The notes under the pieces: model-generated | Seen by the model: the letters and a program-made list of their open reading frames with translations, nothing else | The model's database searches: none | What the model was told of the DNA's origin: nothing | Assembly (NCBI GenBank): GCA_043823065.1 | Contig: JBDRBB010000001.1 | Coordinates: 32,001 to 96,000, forward strand | DNA length: 64,000 nt | Direction: 5' to 3' | Origin: Pseudomonadota bacterium | GTDB taxonomy: Bacteria > UBA10199 > 2-02-FULL-44-16 > DYJF01 | Shown here: positions 57,708 through 64,000 of the stretch, one piece after another | Layout: the number at the start of each line of letters is the position of its first letter | Position numbering within the stretch: position 1 is the stretch's first letter | Position numbers and translations under genes: made by a program

Positions 57708-60377
57708 ATGAAATCCAAAATTCTAATTCTATTTTTGGCCCTGCTATTATTACCCGGCTCTTTGTTAGCCTTTCCAGATCAAGAGCGCACTGGCTTGAGT
57801 GGCGCTAACCCTCCTTATGATTATAGTTTTACTGATGACATTACTGGCCGAGTTTTAATTGATGATGAGAGATTGGCTGTTTGTTATGGCGAGACTTTAA
57901 GATTGGTTGATATGGCAAGTTTTGCCGTGGAAAGCGATCAACCGCCAGCTTTATCTGTGGATGCTGGCACAGACGGGCGTTTACGAGGTCTGGCTTATTC
58001 TTCCCAACAAAATTATCTTTATGCCACACAAAATGACGGCGATGTTTTGCGGTTTGATCTAGCCAATATTACAGCTACGCCAATTAGTATTTCAATTGCA
58101 GATGGCAATGAATTAGGCCCGATTGTGATAGATAGTACCGGCCAATATGCCTATATTGCTGATAACACAGATTATGCTATTCATGTTTTGGAACTGGCTA
58201 ATTTAACAGTAAGCAAAACTATTAGCGTTGCCTTATCCTCTTCAACAACTTTTACTTTTTTAAGCGCACTCTATGTTTCAACTACTAGCGAGGTGTATTT
58301 TACTACAGATAAGGGTGTGGTGTTTTATCTGCCGACCAGTGGGTCTAATGTCTTTCAAATTACAGTCGATGCGGGTTTGTCCAACAGACTTGGTTCTATT
58401 GCTACAACACCAACTGGTACCTCGGTTTATGTTACCAATGAGTCTGATAATAGTGTGGCCAAAATTAGCACTAGTTCTCACACAGTTACTAATGAAATCG
58501 ATATTCTGCCAAATTTAGCGCCAACCTTTATCGTGATTACCAGGGTTTCGCGTCCTAATGGTGGTGGCACCAGCGCGGTTTATGCCTATGTTGCGGGTTC
58601 GCAAGGTTTAACAGTTATTAATACTGCTGATGATTCAATTCTGGATCTAGGTACAGATGACACTATAGACAATGAGCCACTTCCTTTGTCATCTGCTCCT
58701 AAACAGTTGATAACTAGCTCACAAGATGATGGTTATATTTATCCTATATTGGCCAGCTTAAAGGTGGCAGTGGTAACTGCAAATCCCTGGCTGGTTATTT
58801 CTTCATTAACATATTCGAGCGGTAGCAGCAGTGTGGGCCAGGGCGAAAGTTTTACGCTTACTTTTCAGGCTGATGAAGATGGCACAGCTCAGATAAGATC
58901 AGGTGGCACAGTAGCTGCTACTGGTACGCTTTTAACAGATGATACAGGCGCCACATCTTGGAGCGTGACTGCTGATACTGATTTGGTTTTAACCTTTAAT
59001 TATGATGATAATAGCAGCTCTTTTATTGAAGGTGATAATGATGTTTTTATTTTTGTAACTAATGCAAGTTCCAATAGAGGTAGAATTGCCACAACTGTAA
59101 AAGTTGATACACCTCCGCCAAATGTTACTATTAATTCCACAGGTTTTGGTAATCAAAAAATTTATGTAAATTTTAATCGTCTAACAGAAGCTGATCTGAA
59201 TCATTATAATATTTATACTGATACTGATGCTGCTGCAGTATTGACCAAAACTGAAGTTAGTGGGGTAGTTGAGCAAACTTCTGCAGGCTCTACTTTAGAG
59301 GGTTCAGTTTCTGGATTAAGCAATGCCAATATTTATTATATTGCCATGGAAGCTGTTGATGATGCGGGAAATATTTCTCCTTCACGTACTAATACTTTTT
59401 CAGATGGTTCAACTGCGTATGCTATTCCTCAAGCAACAGCTGGGCCGGTTGAATTGTCTGGAGAGAGGGGAAATTGTAGCTTGAGTAAAAATAGAAGTCA
59501 GAACTGGACTATTACAAGTTTTTTCATTGTTATGGTGTTCGTGCTACTTGGGTCCTTACGAATAAAATGTTGTCATTCCCGCGAGAGTTGTCATTCCCGC
59601 GTAGGCGGGAATCTATTGGTTTCAAAGGGACTGGATCCCCGCTTTCGCGGGGATGACAAGCAGAAGCGCGGGGATGACAAGCAGAAGTGCGGGGATGACA
59701 AACGGGCTCGCAATGATGGATATAAAATATTTTTGCTGATCATCTTTGCCGTTCTCGCAATAACCTGCATTCCTACAACCACGCAAGCCCAGGCTATTGG
59801 TGAAAAGCCAATTCCGCAGTGGTGGAGCTTTGAAGTCAAGACCGGTTTTTGGATGCCTAAAAGTTCTTCGGTAAATCATTTTTTCAAAAATTGCTGTAAT
59901 TTAATTACTAGGTTTCAAGGAGGTTTGCTTTACAAAGGACGCTATGGACTTGAATGTGGGGCTGGTTTTTTATTTAAAAATGGAACAGCAGTTGGTGAAG
60001 TAGATGGTGCAAAGTCGCGCGACAGATTTAGTTTTTTTTTATTGCCCCTAGAGCTTAATTTTACCTGGCGCCTGGATTATTGGACCTGGGATTATATTGT
60101 GCCCTATATCAAGGCTGGTTTTGATGGGGTTTATTTTCGGGAAAATCTGGAGCAGGATATTACCAGTGGTTGGAAGATGGGTTTTCATACCGTTGTTGGC
60201 TGGCAAATAAATTTTAAGGTTTTTGGTGATAGTATTGTGGATTTTGAAAAAGATATTGGTCTAGACGATGCTTTTATCACCATGGAGGCCCAGTATCAAT
60301 ATATAGATAGTTTTGGGAGCAAGGGGTTGGATTTATCAGGACCAGTGTATTCTGCCGGCCTATTATTTGAATTTTAA
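57708..60377 (+). CDS. Fused surface protein: beta-propeller/Ig/FN3-like cargo, Cys-TM sorting signal, internal signal peptide, outer-membrane beta-barrel
   Basis: N-terminal signal; YVTN/AYIAD repeats; YYIAMEAVDDAGN; GNCSL + TM; second hydrophobic stretch ending AQA; ends GLLFEF. Confidence 0.8.
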   Translation: MKSKILILFLALLLLPGSLLAFPDQERTGLSGANPPYDYSFTDDITGRVLIDDERLAVCYGETLRLVDMASFAVESDQPPALSVDAGTDGRLRGLAYSSQQNYLYATQNDGDVLRFDLANITATPISISIADGNELGPIVIDSTGQYAYIADNTDYAIHVLELANLTVSKTISVALSSSTTFTFLSALYVSTTSEVYFTTDKGVVFYLPTSGSNVFQITVDAGLSNRLGSIATTPTGTSVYVTNESDNSVAKISTSSHTVTNEIDILPNLAPTFIVITRVSRPNGGGTSAVYAYVAGSQGLTVINTADDSILDLGTDDTIDNEPLPLSSAPKQLITSSQDDGYIYPILASLKVAVVTANPWLVISSLTYSSGSSSVGQGESFTLTFQADEDGTAQIRSGGTVAATGTLLTDDTGATSWSVTADTDLVLTFNYDDNSSSFIEGDNDVFIFVTNASSNRGRIATTVKVDTPPPNVTINSTGFGNQKIYVNFNRLTEADLNHYNIYTDTDAAAVLTKTEVSGVVEQTSAGSTLEGSVSGLSNANIYYIAMEAVDDAGNISPSRTNTFSDGSTAYAIPQATAGPVELSGERGNCSLSKNRSQNWTITSFFIVMVFVLLGSLRIKCCHSRESCHSRVGGNLLVSKGLDPRFRGDDKQKRGDDKQKCGDDKRARNDGYKIFLLIIFAVLAITCIPTTTQAQAIGEKPIPQWWSFEVKTGFWMPKSSSVNHFFKNCCNLITRFQGGLLYKGRYGLECGAGFLFKNGTAVGEVDGAKSRDRFSFFLLPLELNFTWRLDYWTWDYIVPYIKAGFDGVYFRENLEQDITSGWKMGFHTVVGWQINFKVFGDSIVDFEKDIGLDDAFITMEAQYQYIDSFGSKGLDLSGPVYSAGLLFEF
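59568..59717 (+). repeat. Family D element with 21-nt tandem expansion and a family C end, in frame
   Basis: (tgtcattcccgc)x2...gatccccgctttc(gcggggatgacaagcagaag)x~3...ctcgcaatga. Confidence 0.9.
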
Positions 60378-61165
60378 TGCGAAAAATTAAATTAACCATT
60401 TCCTATGACGGCACCAACTATTGTGGTTGGCAGATTCAAGCCAAGGACAAAACAATCCAACATATTATTCGCGATGCAATCTCGCACATGACTAAAGAAA
60501 AAATTAGTCTGGTTGGTTCTTCGCGCACTGATGCTGGGGTTCATGCCTTGGGCCAGGTAGCGCATTTTACCACTAAAACAAATATTTCTACCCAGGCTTT
60601 TGTCAAAGGAATTAATTCGCTCATTCCAGAAGATATTGCAGTTGTTGAGGCCAAAGAAGTTGATCTGGATTTTCACGCTCAAAAACAGGCTAAAGCAAAA
60701 TTATATCAGTATGTAATTGCATCTGGTGCGGTGCGTTTGCCATTAATGCAGGACCGCTGCTGGCAAATGCGCTCAGAACTTAACTTAGCAGCTATGGAAA
60801 AGGCAGCTAAGTATTTAGTTGGCGAACATGATTTTACTAGTTTTCAGTCCACAGGTTCGTCGGCAAAGGATGCGGTTAGGGAGATATATAGTCTGTCATT
60901 GCGAGCGCAGCGAAGCAATCCCAAGGACTCCATGGGATTGCTTCGTCACTACGTTCCTCGCAATGACAATTTTTACACCATCTCCATCTCCGGCAACGGC
61001 TTCCTCTACCGCATGGTGCGCAATATTGTAGGTTTATTGGTGGAAATAGGGCGAGGCAAACATTCGCCCGAATTTGCCAGGCAAGTGCTTCAAGCTAAGA
61101 GCAAAAAAAAAGCTGGAGTTTGCGCTCCAGCCTGTGGTCTTTATTTGATTCGAATTGATTATTAG
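60377..61165 (+). CDS. truA: tRNA pseudouridine(38-40) synthase with in-frame repeat insert
   Basis: YDGT.Y.GWQ.Q, SRTDAGVHA.GQV, GEHDF, FLYRMVR, AP..GLYL. Confidence 0.96.
   Translation: MRKIKLTISYDGTNYCGWQIQAKDKTIQHIIRDAISHMTKEKISLVGSSRTDAGVHALGQVAHFTTKTNISTQAFVKGINSLIPEDIAVVEAKEVDLDFHAQKQAKAKLYQYVIASGAVRLPLMQDRCWQMRSELNLAAMEKAAKYLVGEHDFTSFQSTGSSAKDAVREIYSLSLRAQRSNPKDSMGLLRHYVPRNDNFYTISISGNGFLYRMVRNIVGLLVEIGRGKHSPEFARQVLQAKSKKKAGVCAPACGLYLIRIDY
60894..60968 (+). repeat. Full family C element in frame in truA (75 nt)
   Basis: tgtcattgcgagcgcagcgaagcaatcc...ggattgcttcgtcactacgttcctcgcaatgaca. Confidence 0.92.
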
Positions 61166-61249
61166 GTTCTCGACTTGGCTAGCGCCTCGCTCGAACAATA
61201 AGTATATTCTTCGAGCAAGCTATATTCTTCGAGCTTAGTCGAGAAGAAT
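61166..61249. repeat. Family B element with internal duplication, between convergent genes
   Basis: gttctcgac...gctcgaac ... (tatattcttcgagc)x2 ..gtcgagaagaat. Confidence 0.85.
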
Positions 61250-61250
61250 C

Positions 61251-63290
61251 TTATCCTTCATCATCTACATCTTCATCACTATCTGCATCACCGTCCACAT
61301 CTCCGCTAGTTCCAGTATATTCAGGAAGTGGAGCAGCGCTATCGTCAATATTATAAGTAACTACAGAGTCAAGGCCGTCGTTTTCAACATTAGTTCCAGA
61401 AGGGACAACTATTGTGTCTGCGCCTTCGCCGCCGTTAACAACATACATATCATCTTCAAAAGTGATTGGAATTGGATTCATAAGTCCTTCTGCTCTTAGT
61501 CCCTCAACAGTACTGGCATTACCATGTTTAATATTAATTCTAGTAAAATCTAAATCGGTATTAGCAAATTTAACAGTGATATAATGTCCTTCACCATCAG
61601 CTAAGATTACGTAAGTATGTCCATCTGAACCTTCAGTAATATAAGCATTATCATAACCTGCTGGAGCATGAAGTTGAATTACATTTTCAGGATCTTCAAT
61701 ATCAATATCTGCTTCAGGATTTCTCGTAACTACGATTTGACCATCAACTGCCTCAGCACTATATCCATTAACTTCTTCGCCTGCTTCATTTTCAAATTGA
61801 CCCCAGAGGTCATTATCGTTTAAGCGATCAGCATAATTTTCTAGTTCTGATTGACTTACTGAGCTTTCTTGCCAGCTGCTGGTATCAATTCCATCTCGCA
61901 AGAGCGCCGCATCTGTACCATAAATAGCATCTTGGCCGTCTCCACCAAAGATGTTTACAACTTGATTTTCAACTTGGCAGCGAAAATCAATAATATTTGA
62001 GTTGCTGTTACCGTGAATATTTAAGGTTACCACAGCGCTAGCTGGGTCAATGCCTGGTCTGTTTCTAAAGAAATCATCAATCCTAAAGCTAAACTGGGTC
62101 ATGTCTCCGCTTTCATCTAAACCAGTAAAGGTAATGATCAAATCATTATCACTTCTTTCAGCAAAGGCATTATCTAATGGTAGGTTAATGTCAATTGCGC
62201 TGCCTTGATCGCCTATGTGTCTTAAAGCAGTTAAGCCGTTTTCATCTTCGTAAAGTTCCCATTGAGTTTCATCAAAGTCTAACCATTCTTCAGGATCAAC
62301 TGGAGTGTAGTTAGGAGCAACAACATCACCGCCCATATCTACTGCTGAATCATGAGATTCAACCACCCCACTGTCAATACCTCCGCCACCCATGATTACA
62401 TCCTCCCCACGACCGCCATCTATATAATCATCACCAGTGCCAGTACCGTCAGTGCCAGGAGTTACGTACCAGTTATCACCAGCAATATTATCTCTGCCAC
62501 CTAAACCATGAATGATATCATCGCCAGCTCCACCCACGATGCGGCTATCATGTCCGTTTGAACCAATTAGGGTATCATTACCAGCACCACCCCAAATGCT
62601 AAAACCAGCAACTTCGCCAGCAGCTAAACCATGGCGACCATCACCCACAATATAGGCTTGTGAACAATCAATAGTCATACCGCTGTCATGAGCTTTAATA
62701 ACAATGTCTTCATTAGCATTTTCGCGGCGCACTGAGCCATTTTCCAAAACAATAGCTTCTTTGGTGCCATCTTTTTTAGTAAGAATAAAAGCCAGATCTG
62801 AACCAATGCTTACTACATCTAATCTTTCCACCTCAGGATCTGCTGCATAATAGCCAATGCGGTCGCTTTCAATACGCACGGTTTCTGTATAAGTTACATC
62901 ATCACCAAAGCGGTCATAAAGGGCTTGTTCATCTTGGGCATCTTGCATAGAGCGCATCGTGCCGCCTTCACTGATATTCCAGCCTGGTTCCAGGGTGTCT
63001 GGATTCATAGAAGTATCCCAGCCAGGAATATTTGAACCACTGGCAGCGCCAGCAAAGTCTTTGGCTTCCAAAGCAGCTATTTCTGATTTCATTATAGCTT
63101 CCAGCCGGTCCAGCTCAAACATCTGCTCATCAGAGATCAGCATTTCATTTTCATCGCGCATGTTCTGCAAATCCAGTAAAGCATCTTCTAACTGATTTTG
63201 CAGTTCTTCTGCTTGGTTATTTACATCAGATGTCTGATTTTCAGAATACAGATCAGTAGCTTTGATGTTGTTATTAATGTTTATACTCAT
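61251..63290 (-). CDS. Highly acidic protein with RTX/hemolysin-type Ca-binding repeats; no Sec signal
   Basis: GGAGNDTL, GGAGDDII, GGRGEDVI, GGDGQDAI, GGEGADTI; N-terminal coiled coil. Confidence 0.75.
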   Translation of the reverse strand: MSININNNIKATDLYSENQTSDVNNQAEELQNQLEDALLDLQNMRDENEMLISDEQMFELDRLEAIMKSEIAALEAKDFAGAASGSNIPGWDTSMNPDTLEPGWNISEGGTMRSMQDAQDEQALYDRFGDDVTYTETVRIESDRIGYYAADPEVERLDVVSIGSDLAFILTKKDGTKEAIVLENGSVRRENANEDIVIKAHDSGMTIDCSQAYIVGDGRHGLAAGEVAGFSIWGGAGNDTLIGSNGHDSRIVGGAGDDIIHGLGGRDNIAGDNWYVTPGTDGTGTGDDYIDGGRGEDVIMGGGGIDSGVVESHDSAVDMGGDVVAPNYTPVDPEEWLDFDETQWELYEDENGLTALRHIGDQGSAIDINLPLDNAFAERSDNDLIITFTGLDESGDMTQFSFRIDDFFRNRPGIDPASAVVTLNIHGNSNSNIIDFRCQVENQVVNIFGGDGQDAIYGTDAALLRDGIDTSSWQESSVSQSELENYADRLNDNDLWGQFENEAGEEVNGYSAEAVDGQIVVTRNPEADIDIEDPENVIQLHAPAGYDNAYITEGSDGHTYVILADGEGHYITVKFANTDLDFTRINIKHGNASTVEGLRAEGLMNPIPITFEDDMYVVNGGEGADTIVVPSGTNVENDGLDSVVTYNIDDSAAPLPEYTGTSGDVDGDADSDEDVDDEG

Positions 63291-63301
63291 AATTTATCCC
63301 C

Positions 63302-64000
63302 TTACAAATTGTAATTTGCTTTATATTGTTCCCACTCAGCAAAGATCTCTTCTTTTTCGCCAAACATGGCTTCAAAAAAAGAAGCAGTTTCTTCAGCTAA
63401 TTGGCGATAATTTTCGCCTGCTGCCAACCATTCGGTTTGAGTGGCTTCTAAATCTTCAATACTGTTAATTTCTTGGTTATAGGTTTCAAATTCTGCGCGC
63501 CAATCATTAATGCATTCTTCAACAGCTTCAGCACCGCAGACATTAGCATCAGTTAAATTTGCCTGTCCTTGAATATCTTTGTTGCCATAATCTGTAGTAT
63601 AAATTATGCCATCCAACTCATAATAATCATCACCGTCTAATCCCCAGGAATAGGCTTCATTATCTGAACGATCTGAATCGCGTTCAATTTCTTGGTCAAC
63701 TAAATATATTGAGCCAGCTGAGGCATAGATATGGTTTTGAGGTTGACGACGGCTGTCTTGAATATCGCCTGAATTAGGTTCACGAACACAATCTGGTACG
63801 TCACCGATAATTCTATCCAAAATATCTGCATCAAGTCCATCGTTACTGCTATTTGAATTGCTGTTTTTATTTTCAGAACGAACTTTAAAACGCGCAGTGT
63901 CTGTTTTATTACCTTCAAAATAGGCAAAGTTAACGCCTGTGGCATTAAGATTTCCTGCGCCAATTTGCACCACAACTGCTCCACCCAGGCCATCATAAGA
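63302..64000 (-). CDS. Acidic hypothetical protein, 5' end outside window
   Basis: Frame stays open to the window edge (SYDGLGGAVVVQIG...); helical C-terminus; 11-nt gap to the RTX-like gene. Confidence 0.65.
   Translation of the reverse strand, partial: SYDGLGGAVVVQIGAGNLNATGVNFAYFEGNKTDTARFKVRSENKNSNSNSSNDGLDADILDRIIGDVPDCVREPNSGDIQDSRRQPQNHIYASAGSIYLVDQEIERDSDRSDNEAYSWGLDGDDYYELDGIIYTTDYGNKDIQGQANLTDANVCGAEAVEECINDWRAEFETYNQEINSIEDLEATQTEWLAAGENYRQLAEETASFFEAMFGEKEEIFAEWEQYKANYNL

Noticed and set aside
59647..59702. 21-nt tandem repeat as a possible CRISPR array
   Set aside because: Units are contiguous with no unique spacers, lie in frame in a CDS, derive from family D, and no cas genes are present

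Overview
AT-rich bacterial chromosome segment. Gene content (FHA-GGDEF cyclase, MYXO-CTERM-like surface proteins, PEGA-domain Ser/Thr kinase) suggests a deltaproteobacterial-type lineage; this is inference. Most genes are housekeeping: dnaK/dnaJ, rlmN, mtnP, recO, gcvT-H-PA-PB, folD, purMN, surE-pcm-nlpD-apt, tRNA-Arg(CCT), ihfB, dprA-topA, rpsB-tsf-pyrH-frr-uppS-cdsA-dxr-rseP-tsaB, hutH, psd-pssA, asd, truA. Four things stand out. (1) Two tandem paralogous proteins (36301-39421; 642 and 329 aa) contain no lysine and no Sec signal peptide, end in beta-barrel-like domains, and each follows a sigma28-like CCGATAA promoter. An orphan FlhB/SctU-type export gene lies in the same window, so they are candidate lysine-free exported effectors. 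(2) At least six families of short palindromic repeats occur, and several are inserted in frame in coding genes (gcvPA, nlpD, truA, an 889-aa surface protein), like Rickettsia palindromic elements. (3) The 889-aa ORF looks like a polyprotein: cargo, sorting signal, second signal peptide, outer-membrane barrel. (4) A Ser/Thr kinase sits directly upstream of a DgcB-like cyclase. All calls come from reading motifs by eye; no database searches were run.
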